A stretch of DNA of 63,465 bases, the filler included, from Pirum gemmata (taxonomy: Eukaryota), in assembly GCA_002812295.1 (NCBI GenBank). It is 16 parts of 16 records of this genome, joined end to end, with 100 filler letters (N's around TTAATTAATTAA, not from the genome) between each part and the next. Parts side by side here need not be neighbours in the genome. Positions count along the whole stretch, not along the records: positions 49,464 to 52,868 come from PDIN01002561.1; positions 52,969 to 56,428 come from PDIN01002562.1; positions 56,529 to 59,962 come from PDIN01002563.1; positions 60,063 to 63,465 come from PDIN01002564.1; 12 more parts are not named here. One strand, written 5' to 3'. The translations under genes were made by a program, and so were the position numbers. Below are positions 50,458 to 63,142 of the stretch, one piece after another. A model generated the notes under the pieces. That model ran no database searches and was not told the origin of the DNA. It saw only the letters and a program-made list of their open reading frames with translations. Position 1 is the first letter of the stretch. Every line of letters starts with the position of its first letter.

Positions 50458-52618
50458 TTAATCTACATCTTGTAAAAGAGATTTCATATAACCCATAACC
50501 AATTCTAAATCTTTACTAGTGCTCGATGACAATTGTTTAGAATTTAAAAGAGGCAATAACTTTTCTATTTTAGGAATTAAACTTAATATATCATCCGCAG
50601 TAGACTCCACTAACCTTTTATTTTTGGCCTTTTGTAGTTGCAACTGCTGCTGTAATTTCTTCAATTCTTTAACCTTCTGTTTTTGCTCTAACTGTTGCCT
50701 ATATGCTTGGATTTCTAATTCTATTGGATCAGTAGTAGATGGTAATAATGCTGATGTTTTTGATTGCAACTTTAACCTATCTAATAAGGATAATTGCTCA
50801 GTACCTAACAGACCAGCTGTTGTTGAGGAAGTACTCGCTAACTGCGCTTTCAAAGCATTCAACTCTTGTAGTTGTTTTAATTGTTGTTGTTGTTTTAACT
50901 CTTGCTGTAATTGTAGTTCAATATTAATATTAGATTGTGCTTGTGCTTTACGTTCTTCTTGAGCTAGAAGTAACTTTGTTTGAGTCAATTCATCAGCTAA
51001 GCGTTTGAGTTCTAGGTCCATTTCAGTTTGTTTATTTTGTGCTTGTGTGCGTAATAGACGTTGTTGTTCTGCTGTTTGCAATGCTTGTTTCTGACGTTGT
51101 ATTTCTGCTGCTTGTTTCTGACGTTGTATTTCTGCTTCTTGTTTCTGACGTTGTATTTCTGCTGCTTGTTCTGCTTGTAAACGTTCCTGTTGATATTTCA
51201 AATTCGCTTCAGCTTGAGTAAATTTTCTTTGCAATTCTAATTGTTGACCTTGGTCTTGTTTTTTCGCAATTTCGTCTTCCAATGTTTGCTGTTCCAATTG
51301 GGCTAATTGTTTCTTTAGACGTTTTACTTCTTCACTATCACTAGGTAGTATGATACTTTCAGAGGTTGTACCTGCTGGTGTTGCTGCTTCTTTGGAGTTC
51401 AATTCCAGGGTGTGTTTCTGTTGTAAAGCTATTTGTTCTGGTGTATTCCATGACTTTTGTGTTCTGTATAAAGCGAGTTGTTGAGCTAACTGTTCGTTTG
51501 AAAAAAGATCAGGTGATGCTATTTTGACGGCCGGTCCTACATTTTCCCGTGGTGGGGAAATGGCTATTTCTACTGGAGTCTTTACTGGAGTCACACTGTC
51601 ACTCCCGCCCAACATATTACCTGCTATTTTGACGGCCGGTCCTACATTTTCCCGTGGTGGGGAAATGGCTATTTCTACTGGAGCTTTTACTGGAGTCATT
51701 GCTGGAACAGTTGTACTGTCGCTCCCGCCCAGCATATTACCTACACTGTCACTACCGCCCAACTTAATACCTACAGGAGCTGTACTATCACCACCACCTA
51801 GCCCGTTACCTACAGGAGTTGTACTGTCACTGCCACCAACAGCTGTCACACTATTTGAAATACTCCCAGATAATTTGGCAGCATTTTCTTTTTTATGTTT
51901 CTCTACTAATGCCAACTGCTTAGGTGTTCCCCAACTCCCTTCTTGCTCGTACAGTTTCATTTGTTCTTGTAACTGTTGGGTAGTAAATGTGTTAGCATCG
52001 GTTATAGCAGCAGGAGAAGGCGTATTATCTGTGCTAATCGCAGCTAAATTTCCAGCATTTTCCTTTTTATGTTTCGCTACTAATTTCAACTGTGCAGGTG
52101 TTCCCCAACTTTTTTCTTGGTTGTACAGTTTTAATTGTTCCTGTAACTGTTTGGTGGTAAAGTTGCTGTCATTTGTATTTGATGTTGCAGATGGTGATAC
52201 AGAATTTGCTTTAAGCAGTTGTACAGGCTGTGTTGCCGCTAACTCTGCTTTATGGGTTTCTTGCAGCGCACGCTGCTCAGGTGTATCCCACTTTTTTTGC
52301 TTATCATAAAGTTTTTTTTGTTCTATTAATTGCTCGGTTGTGTATTGAATTAATTCTCTTCTTGTTTTTATTGTGGTGGCTATATCTTTTTTTGCTAATG
52401 TTGTTACACTCGAAGGCTTTGTTCTTTCTTTTTGTGATAATGATGATAATGATGATAATGATGATGATGATGATGATGATGATGCTGGTGATAATGATGA
52501 TGATGACGAATTCAAAGTAATTGGCAAACATGATGACGAATTCAANAATTGGCAAACTTTTTGCCATAGAGCTCATATTAATGGCTACTATTACTAATGT
52601 AAAACAAAGTTGTTTCAT
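50458..52618 (-). CDS. Secreted protein with four ~35-aa repeats, GGSDS/PVK linker repeats and a Q/L coiled-coil C-terminus
   Basis: Signal peptide MKQLCFTLVIVAINMSSMA (ATG 52618) joins the 695-aa ORF across a single N at 52546 flanked by a duplicated overlap, probably an assembly artefact. Confidence 0.8.
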
Positions 52619-53754
52619 TTTTGTTTTTTTCGAGTTTTTCTTTTTTTTGACTTTGGGGTATTGTGCTGGTATTTGTGGGGTTTGGATTTTGAATTTAGTT
52701 TATAAGTTTTGGGGTGGTTTCGGTTTTTAAATTTTGGTTTTGGTTTTGGTTTTGGTTTTGGTTTTGGTTTTGGCTTTAGTTTCGGTTTTTTCATTTATTG
52801 TTTATTGTTTATTGTTGTTTTTGTTGTTTGGTTTTGTTTTTGTTTTGGTTTTGGTTTTGGTTTTGGTTNNNNNNNNNNNNNNNNNNNNNNNNNNNNNNNN
52901 NNNNNNNNNNNNTTAATTAATTAANNNNNNNNNNNNNNNNNNNNNNNNNNNNNNNNNNNNNNNNNNNNTTTTTTTTTTTTTTTTTTTTTTTCGTTTTTGT
53001 TTTGTGGGGCTAGATTTTCCTAAAATTTCTTGATTTTTCGCAACTAATTTTTTCATCTTTTTTCCTTTAATTAAAAGGGTGATTTTTCAGTTTATAATGA
53101 TGAAAAAAAAAAAACCATCATAGTAGTTATCATTTAATAAAATGGTACTGTCTCTAGTCTAGCTCATTTAGTGGCTTTCCAAAATTTTAGAAAATAAACT
53201 TATTAGAGAGTCGAATTGTATTTATCGTCATGAAGAAATTGCAGATTTTTAAAATTATTAGTTAATTTTTTTAAGTCGGGATGGTTTATGTGATTAAATT
53301 TTATAAACTAAAACATATTTAATACTAAGCTACTAGTATTCAATACTATTTTTAATAGTATTTAATAGTATTTAGTTATTTTAATACTACTACTTTATAT
53401 TATTACCATTAATTAATATTACGTCTACCTGTACAATATAAATTAATTACTACTACTACTACTATTACTACTACTACTACTACTACTACAAATATGGTAC
53501 TACTACAAATATGGTACTACTACACGCACACTAAAGCTACCAACTGATAGCTACTACTAAGTTTCTACTGCTATTACAACTAATACTACAACTAATATTA
53601 ATGCTATTAATATTATTACTTCTACTATTACTATACTATAATACTAAGATATATTATTGCTGTACATTATTCTACTATAAATACTACTACTATAGATATT
53701 ACTACTACTACTACTACTACTACTACTAGAGGGGTCTACTACTACTACTACTAG

Positions 53755-53792
<38 letters not shown>

Positions 53793-55578
53793 GTACTATA
53801 GTTACTACTACTACTACTACTACTACTTTTTCTACTACTACTACTACTACTACTGCCACTACTGCTACTGCTACTACTACTACTATAATATATAGATACT
53901 ACTACTACCACCACCACCACCACTACCACTTCCACTACTACTACTACCACTACCACTACCATCACTATATATAGCTACTACTCCTACTCCTACTACTATC
54001 ACTACTACTACTATCTGATATATAGCTACTACTACGACCACTACTACTACCTACTACTACTACTATTACTACTACTGCTGCTACTACTACTACTATTACT
54101 ACTACTACTACTACTACTACTTTTACTACTTTTACTACTACTACTACTACCTCTACTACTTCTACTACTACTATTAGATTACTACTATCATACTTCTATA
54201 AGAACTGATAAGGGCGATGGCTTTTGTAAACAGATAATGAGATCAAAATGAAAAACAAGGTATTGACGCCTTTAAATAATGATTCACAATACAAAAAACT
54301 ACAAAAAAATATTTCAAAAAAAACCAGTCTAATTATTTGCTTGCTTAAATTTTGTTGTATTGTTGTTGATGATACTTTGATAGTCTTTGATGATGCTGTT
54401 TTTTCTTATAGTTTATTTTAATTACATAATAAAACCGATTATTTTTATTTTTTATTTTTATTTTGCAGAAAATTTAATTACGAAAAAATCACTAATTCTC
54501 CATTATTCTCCATCGATTAAAATAATGAGTGATGATTGATGTATCGAGTAGTATCGAAGAAACTAGACTAGCTAGTAGTAGTATTGATAGCTGAACTGAT
54601 AGCTGTAAGAGACTTCACCGCTCTCTAATAATCGAATTTTTGGTATTTAATAGGAACGAAATTTAAAAAACTAATTTAAAGTTACTATTTCTCCCGCAAA
54701 GATCATCACCAATTTTTTTAGCCTATTTTAGATAGTACTAGTTTAAAAAATACAGTCTGGGGCCTAGCTAGGTGAGCCTAGGTCTGGCACCGTCTGGAGG
54801 CCGGGGCCGGCAGACTAGATGATAGATCTATCAGATAGACTGTGAGATAGACTGGCTAGCTAGCTAGAAATTGAACTGAAATTGATTACTATGATGAAGT
54901 AAAAAAATGTCATTTATTATAAAAATATGATTTATCAGACTTCTGTAGCTAATAAAATCATAGCCTATCGAAGTGTATCGTATCGATAGTCCTAGCTAGC
55001 TACTAGCTAGGGTGGTATCCTAGCTAGAGTAGCTAGCTAGCAGCTATCGATAGGTAGTCTAGAGTAGACTAGTAGACTAGCTATCACTAGCTAGCTTAGT
55101 ATCATAATGATAGACTAGCTAGTAGCTAGTGTCTAGTAGTACGATAGGAGGGAGGTGGAAGTTTCCCAATTTTTTTTGGAATTTTTTTTTAGCTTGGACC
55201 TTTTTTTTTTAGCTTGGACTTTTTGGATTGTCTATCTAGATTTAGCACCTGGTAGATGACTCTAGCTAGCTAGGCTACATTTTTTTCCCTGGGGTCTTGG
55301 ATTGTTTTTTTTATATGATATGAATCATATGATATAACCCATACAAAAGGTACAAAGTACAAAAGCTACAAAAGTAAAATTTATTTTTTGGGTTTTTTGG
55401 TTTTCTGGTTTTTTGGTGGTTTTTGGTGTTTTTTGATTTTTATGATTTTTTGTGTTCTTTACTATTATTGTTATTATTATTATTATTATTTATTTGTTTG
55501 CTTATATTTTTTCTGTCTTTTTTTGTATTTTTAAGTAAACAGAGTATTTAATTAATTAAGTAATAAATAAAACTAAAA

Positions 55579-56286
55579 ATGAAGCTTTTATCTAAAACTA
55601 TTAGCGTGTTTCTTTTGAGCAATTCGTTACAAAGCAATGCAATTGCTGTGCCCACTGTTCCAAGTTTTGAATATTTAATGAGTCATTTTACAACTTTTGT
55701 AAGTGATACCTTTAAAGAATTCACTCAAGATCCTCATTATGCCCCAGACAAGTTTTCCTGCACACCAGATATCAACAGTGGTAAAGCAGTACGATTCATT
55801 GACCCTAGCAATAATCCTCATGGTAAAACAGGTATTTACTTTATTACTTCTCGGTTCTTTAATTTTCCAATTCTTTCTTTTACAAGCTCTTTACACCATT
55901 TTTTTATTTCGTGTGTGTTGGGGCTAAGAGTAAATTATTTCTTCTTTTTTTTCTACTGTACATCCGACTAGTATTAGATTTTATATAATACTTTTTTCAC
56001 AAATATGTATAATTTATAAGGGTCTTATATAATTATATAGATAAATATATAATGAATTAATAAATGAACAATAATAATATTAATTGTATTTGGATAAACA
56101 AAGATGGTCTTGGATACGTGAGCAAACTTGAAAAAGGATGGATTAAACAGAGGGACATTAAAGCGCAAAGCACATGGCGAACATACCTAACAAATTTGGA
56201 ATTAAAAGACTTAGATATGGAAAAAGTTTTGAAGAGTGGGAAACTTCCTCGGATTGGAATGGCAGCAAGTGGGGGTGGATCAAGAG
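55579..56286 (+). CDS. Secreted phospholipase B / lysophospholipase (cPLA2 family), exons 55579-55831 and 56104-56286; 3' truncated
   Basis: Signal peptide; YAP..FSC..VR; SKLEKGWIKQR; KLPRIGMAASGGGSR, the oxyanion GGG-R motif. Confidence 0.88.
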
Positions 56287-56981
56287 GTACATTTGTTATT
56301 TTTAATCATCACTTATTTTTGATAATGAAACCTAACCCTAACTCTAACCTAACCTTAAACTTTTAACTTTAAACCTTGAAGTTTTAACCTCAAAATCCTA
56401 AACCTTGACCTCTAACCCCTAACCCCTANNNNNNNNNNNNNNNNNNNNNNNNNNNNNNNNNNNNNNNNNNNNTTAATTAATTAANNNNNNNNNNNNNNNN
56501 NNNNNNNNNNNNNNNNNNNNNNNNNNNNATAATTATTATTATATAACTATTATAATAAAGAATTATTATTATTATCATTATTATTATTTTCAAACATAGG
56601 CATATTTATATTTTAAGTCCCGAAATAGTAAAAATAAAAAATTTTATCCGGAAAAATAAAACTTTTTTCTTGTTTGACTATTATTATCACAATTATTATT
56701 GTTATAATTATTATATAATAAATATCATAATTGTTATTATTATTATTATTATATATATTATAATTACTATTATTATAACTATTATTACACTTATTATAAT
56801 AAAGAAATTTTACTAAGAATTTTTATTATTATTATTATTTTCAAACATAAGCATATTTCTATTTTGAAACCCGAATTAGTAAAAATAAAACATTTTATCC
56901 GGAGAAAAATAAAAATTTTACTTGTATTATAAACGGAGATGTTATATATATGATATGTATATATAACTATGTAAGTTTTAT

Positions 56982-57602
56982 TCAAAATTCTTCTGTTAAA
57001 CCAAGTTCAGTCGGTGATTTTTCGTAGTTATTAATAAGGTGTTCACAACGTAGATTGGTTGTAGAACACCATTCTGTAGTTTTGTCAGAAAACTCAATAT
57101 TGTAGTATGTTATTGTTTGTTGGCCCTTTCGTTTACATAACCATTTTCCAATGATTCTGTTAACTGACAATTCGTCATCATCTAGGTCATTCCAACCATG
57201 ATTTTGACCTTCAAAAAGCGATTCATCAAACTCGTGGACTTGATTTAACTTTGGGTCTCTCTCATGATGATGTTTAAGATCAACAACATCAATTATTCTG
57301 AAGTCTCTTTTGTGTTGGACTTGGTAAGTGTTAGGATCTACTTGAGCTATGTCAGTAAACTACTCATTGCTCCAATTTGGTTGGCATTTCCCTACTAAAT
57401 CTTGACCTCTCACAAAAGTATAAATTCGTACGTGTACTTTATCTCCTTTGGAGTAAATTAATATCGTTGGTTCTAAACCCTCGGTACCCAAAAATTTGTT
57501 ATCATTATCAAAATCAATGATGATTTGACGATGCATTTTTAGATTTTTAATTATTTTTTCTCTGTGTTGCTTATATAACTCAAAGATGTTGGTATAACTG
57601 TG
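56982..57602 (-). pseudogene. Retroviral-type integrase C-terminus (Polinton/Maverick-like) plus chromodomain-like module; one in-frame stop
   Basis: YSKGDKVHVR...KCQPNWSNE*FT...PNTYQV, then LSVNRIIGK...YYNIEFSDKTTEWCSTTNLRCEHLINNYE; TAG at 57360-57362. Confidence 0.65.
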
Positions 57603-57689
57603 TTAGAAACATTGTTATCAAACCAATGGACTAGTGTTAACGACTACCAATAGCTCGACAATAACATGTCATGATAATTATCCATGTTT

Positions 57690-58539
57690 TGCAGAAAATA
57701 GTTCCTAGTTATTGTAATATTACAAACGGAATAGTTGATAAATATTGGATGCCTTCAGTTGTCGGTGCTTTTTTCTATCCTTTGTTTTTTGTGTGTGTGT
57801 TCATGTTATATCAGTTACCACCGCCCTCTTTAAGCGAAAGGGCTGAAAAAACTGAACGCAAAGCTTTGAATGTTAAAGAAATGAAAAGCTTTATCAAAAG
57901 TTGTGGATTTGTTTAGTTCCATTGTGGATTGGGGTTATGTGTTGGACTGAATTTCGAGATTATAGGGTCACTTTCCAAATAGAAATTCTCCAAGAATTAG
58001 GGAAAGAAGTAGCAGCTGGAGTGTTCAGTATGACTGAAACTATTGTAGGATTGACGTGTTTGATTCCAGTTGGTTTGATGGTATTTGTAAAAAAGAATAA
58101 ATTAGGGGTTGCTCTTTCTCATAGTTTGTTATTATCAGGGGCTAGTATTACAGGTATAGTTGTGTTTTTATTTTATTGTGGTGTAAGTATAGATGGGTTA
58201 GCCTATATCATTTTAACAGGTGTGGGTTCTTATTTTTCGTATGTTCTTATAACTCTTATTTTATTCGAACGTATTATTGCTTACACTGGTGTAGAAGCTT
58301 CCGTTTCTTTTCCTATGGCTGATAGTGATAGTATTGGGTACGTGGGAACCTTGGCTGTGTTTCATTGTGGCGAATTTGCTTTAGGTGATATTTCTTATTT
58401 AGATGTATTTATAATTAATGCTTTGGGTATGGGGGTGTCTGTAATTTGCGCAATTTGTACCAGTATAAGTGCGGTTTATTTTGTTAAAAGTCAAAACAAA
58501 TTTCGAAAAATGACGACAAAGGAAGTAGAAATGTTTTAA
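57690..58539 (+). pseudogene. DUF5690-like multi-pass membrane protein, C-terminal half, frameshifted near 57905
   Basis: YWMPSVVG...QLPPPS...TERKAL, then FRDYRVTFQIEILQELG, FSMTET, GVGSYFSYV..LFERIIA and DSIGYVGT. Confidence 0.75.
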
Positions 58540-59135
58540 TAATAGTAATTAAATACAAAAACTATCAAATAAATAATAATAATAATAAATGTAATAAATG
58601 TAATAGATGTAATAAATGTAATAAATGTAATAAATGTAATAAATGTAGTAAATGTAATAAATGTAATAAATGTAGTAAATGTAATTAATAAATGTAATAA
58701 ATGAAATAAATGTAATAAATATAATAATTGTAATAAAATTCAATGTATTTTAAATTTATTAAATGTTAGGGTTGGGGTTAGGGTTGGTTAGGGTTAGGGT
58801 TGGTTAGGGTTAGGGTTAGGGTTAGGGTTATATAAAATTAAGGTTAAGGTTAAGGTTAAGGTTAGAGTTAAGGTAAGGTTATGGTATAAAATAATAAAAT
58901 TTAATGTAAAATTTAAATGCAATAATGGAAACAAATAATATACATGATTGTAATATAATTGTAATAAAAACATTTAGTCTAAGACGCCGACAGCTGCAAA
59001 TTATTTTTAATCCCCACATAATCATTTTTTTAAAATTATAATACAATACGTTTGTTCCAGAAACTAGTAATTGTCGAGCTCAAGGAGCTGAATTAAAGTA
59101 TGTATTGTTCCTTTTTTTAAGAAAATGGTACACGG

Positions 59136-59172
<37 letters not shown>

Positions 59173-59173
59173 C

Positions 59174-59216
<43 letters not shown>

Positions 59217-59520
59217 TAATATACACCTAACATCATTACACAACAACAGCACCTAACCCTAATCTTGTCCCTTAGCCTTACCACCACCACCACACTGACA
59301 CTAGCACTAACGTTACCTAACCATAACCTAAACCCTTGAATATTTACACCATCACCATCACCACTTCCGCAATTATACCACCACCATCACCACCAACACT
59401 ACTACTACTAATACTACCAAAGTAAATAAGACCTATCAAACTAATTAAACAACTGTAATCATTACTACTACTACTACTACTACTTCATCTACTACACTAC
59501 AAGAAGAAAAAAGCACATAC

Positions 59521-59727
59521 CCTTCAGCAAATTTACAACATTGAATAAAATCCATTTGCTCAAAACCAGTGCCACTCATCAAAGCATAAGAGCCAACCTC
59601 TTGTTTTAATTTGAAAGCAAACTCAATTGACGTTTCTACACAACGTACTTTAGCGCAGGCAATTGCTTCAATAAGTTCCAAAGACGGTACTTTATTTGCT
59701 TTAAGACAATTGTTAAGCTCACTTTCG
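59521..59727 (-). CDS. Acyl-CoA oxidase/dehydrogenase-family internal exon
   Basis: IACAKVRCVETSIEFAFKLKQEVGSYALMSGTGFEQMDFIQCCKFAEG ending GG|GTATGT; resembles the ACAD/ACOX C-terminal helical region with the catalytic Glu in FAEG. Confidence 0.75.
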
Positions 59728-59759
59728 CTAATGGTAAGATATAGGGTTAGGGGACAACA

Positions 59760-59962
59760 TTAAGGTTAAGGTTAAGGCTAAGGTGAAGGTCATGGTTAAG
59801 GTTAAGGTGAAGGTTAAGGTTAAGGTTATGGTTAGGTTAAGGTTAAGGTTAAGGTTAAGGTTAAGGTTAAGGTTAAGGTTAAGGTTAAGGTTAAGGTTAA
59901 GGTTATGATTATGATTATGGTTTAGGTTAAAGTTAAGATTAAGGTTAAGGTTAAGGTTAAGG
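59760..59962 (+). repeat. (TTAAGG)n telomere-variant array in an intron
   Basis: Hexamer array running into the contig end. Confidence 0.9.
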
Positions 59963-61417
59963 NNNNNNNNNNNNNNNNNNNNNNNNNNNNNNNNNNNNNN
60001 NNNNNNTTAATTAATTAANNNNNNNNNNNNNNNNNNNNNNNNNNNNNNNNNNNNNNNNNNNNTTTTAATTAAAATTATTATTTGTATATAATTAATTAAT
60101 TCTTTTCTTTAAAATTAAGATTGTTATTATTATACTATTGCAATTATTCATCTCCTTCATGTTCCAAATACAAGTTATTCATTTCTAATCCTAACCATCT
60201 AACTCTAACCCCACAAGTAAATGAATGATACCCTAACCCAAATATAAGTATAACTGTAACCGTAAAACTACCGTACCCTATATCATATAACCCTAACCCT
60301 AACCCTAACCCCAACACCCTATAGCTTCTTCTGCTCCTAATACTAACCTTTTAAAACCCTAACTGAAACTGTAACTCCATATAATAAATTAATGAACCAT
60401 GATTATATATTTATATCGCAATATAATGTTCCTTAAAAAAATTTATTATATATTATAATATAATATAATATATTAATATTGTATATTATATTTGCAGTCA
60501 TTGCTGATTTTTTTGTAAGGATAACATTTGCTATATATAGCTAGGGTTAAAAGCATTTGAAAATTAGAGGGTTTGGGTTGGGTTTGGGTTTGAGTTAGGA
60601 TTTAGGTTAGAACTAAGGATTGGAGTTGGGGTAAGGGTTAGGGTAAGGTTTTGGTTAGGGTTAGGGTTAGGGTTAACAGTTAAGGTTAAGGTTCGGGTTA
60701 GGGTCAGTCAGGGTTAGCGTTAGTTAGCTATAGGGTTAGCGTTAGCGTTAGTTAGGGTTATGATTATAAATATGGCTTTGGTTATGGTTATGGTTAGGGT
60801 TAGTTATGATTATGATTAGAGGGTCAGGGTTGGGGCTGTAATTAACTATAGGGTTATGGTTAAACGTTAGGGTATAATATACGTAAGGAGTGCTCTAGGG
60901 TGAACATTAGCTATAGGATTAGGATTATGTAACCAAATACTCAAAATATTCTGTTTACAAAAAAACTAAATGACCTTGAAAAAAGTAATAAAAATAATAA
61001 CTAGCTATAGTAAAAAAAATTATTATTATATCATTATGATATAATAATTTAATATGATATAATATTATAATAATTAATTAAAAAAAAAAAAAAAATACGC
61101 CAAAGGAATACCAAAGCCTAGGTATTGTTCAGAAATAACAAAAGAGAAATAAGCTTGGTAAGGGTTAGGGTTAGGTTCAAACTTTGATTTTGTGGGTAGA
61201 TAAAAAGTAAATAGGTGTGCCCAAGTTAAAAATTATAAAACGTCCTTGATGAACGTAAACCTGTATGATTTTACCAAAGGCTCCAAAGAGTTTTTTTTTT
61301 TTTTTTTTTTTATTTGTTTTTTATTTTTTTTTTTTTTTTTGTTTTTTTTTTTTTTTTTTTGTTTTTTTTTATTTTTTTTTTTTTTTTTTATTTTTTTTTT
61401 TTTTAAAGAATTTTTAA

Positions 61418-61686
61418 CTACAAAGCCAGATAAAAATGGCGACATCCGCTAAATGAACTAGTATGAGCTCAAAAATCCAAAAAATCTCAAAATAATCCAA
61501 TTTTATGGTGGGTACTACCAAATTTTACGAAATCGTCCGACTAAGAAAACTCTATTATACTTCTATTATGAACCAATGGATAGATTTTAATAATAATTTG
61601 GCGAGTTAGCATTTTAAGGTTTTTAGAAAAGAAGTCTTTTTTTAAAAAAATTAAAAAAAATGATTTCTACAGTTTTATTCGGCTTG
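61418..61686. mobile_element. Diverged copy of the TTAA-flanked MITE
   Basis: TTAA|CTACAAAGCCAGATAAAAAT ... GTTTTATTCGGCTTG; aligns by eye with 33821-34059. Confidence 0.8.
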
Positions 61687-62670
61687 TCTAAAAAAAATGG
61701 AATGCTGAATTTTCTTAGATTTTTTTTTTTTTTTTGAAATAATAATAATATTAATTTCCTTTTTTGTATTTTCTTACTTCCCCCTTTTTTTTTTGTTTTT
61801 TTTCCAAATCTTTATTAGAAACCATGTTAGTTAATTACATATAGCTACTTAGTTAATATCGTTTGGTAGAAATACCATATTAAAAGACTTTGAAAGGTAT
61901 TTATTTAATTATTTATTTATCATATTTTTGAACAAAATGACTGCTTATTATATAATGACGTAATACATATATGATATACATAGATAATAATATATATATA
62001 ATTATATATATAATATACAAAGTTTGTTTTGTACTAGTTCTGTTAAGTTTAAAAAAGGCATTTTTGTTGGTTGTTGGTTATGTTGTTGTTGTTGGTTATG
62101 TGGTTGTTGTTGGTTATGTTGTTGTTGTTGTGGTTGTTGTTGTTGTTGTTATGGCTGTGGTTGTTGTGGCTGTTGTGGTTGTGGTTGTGCTTGTTTGTTG
62201 TGGTTGTTATTACTGTTGTTATTGTCAATATAATGCTGTGGTTATTGTTGCTGTGGTTGTTGTTGTTGTTGTTGTTGTTGCTGTGGTTGTTGTTGTTGTT
62301 GTTATGACTGTGGTTGTTGTGGCTGTGGTGTGGTTGTGGTTGTTTGTTGTGGTTGTTATTACTGTTGTTATTGTCAATATAATGCTGTGGTTGTTGTTGT
62401 TGTTGTGGTTGTGGTTGTTATTACTGTTGTTATTGTCAATATAATCAAAATGAATATTATTTTTTAATTTATGAAATATTATTATAAGTAACCCTATCAT
62501 TCATACTCATTCATAGTGTGAACTATCTAAATTTAATTTCTTTTTTAAAAAAGATTTTAAAAAACGCCAAACCACCGTCAAATCATAATGAAGCATTGTG
62601 AAACACAATTTGTAAACACAAAAATTGGCCAATCAAAGATAATTATTTATATAAGTGGCTCATCAAAGTC

Positions 62671-63020
62671 TGCTCGAGCTGGAAAACTCGAATTTCTGCT
62701 GTCAAAAAAAAAAAAGTTTTCCATTTTTTCGGGTTTATAAATAAATAAATATACTCGAATAATTAATTAGCTAACATGGCTCAGCGGTAGGCTTCTCCTA
62801 ATTCTGCTCTGTTTAAAAATCGAGATTTCGAGTCTATATATTAATTAATAAGTTTGAAATGTTCAAGTTTACAATTTTAAAAGTATTCAAATATATTTAT
62901 TTATTAATAAACCCGAAAAATACGCAAAAAAAAAATTTTGCGAACGGAGCTGAATTTTGGCTTTTTTTGACAGCAGAAATTCGAGTTTTCAGGTTTGAGC
63001 AAAATTGGGAGAGGCCTATA
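62671..63020. mobile_element. Foldback-type element with long inverted arms
   Basis: GAAAACTCGAATTTCTGCTGTCAAAAAA pairs with TTTTTTGACAGCAGAAATTCGAGTTTTC; TTTTCGGGTTTAT pairs with ATAAACCCGAAAA. Confidence 0.7.
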
Positions 63021-63142
63021 GTCTAGTGAGCCTGCAGTAGTCCTGCAGTCAGCGTCTCGGCCTATTTGAAGTATTTGAAGCCATTCCTGCCATTTTTTGA
63101 TACCCCCTCAGGTCTCGGCGAGGGTAAAGTGATACAAATTGT

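Noticed and set aside
52500..52560. Programmed frameshift in the secreted repeat protein
   Set aside because: The break is a single N between two copies of the same short overlap, typical of an unmerged contig join.
38061..58539. Apparent phosphate/osmolyte cluster (GPCR, PiT, PLB, DUF5690)
   Set aside because: Each gene is on a separate piece divided by artificial spacers, so there is no evidence of linkage.
62775..62875. tRNA gene suggested by the A-box-like TGGCTCAGCGGTAG
   Set aside because: No cloverleaf or proper T-arm, and it overlaps a TIR motif.
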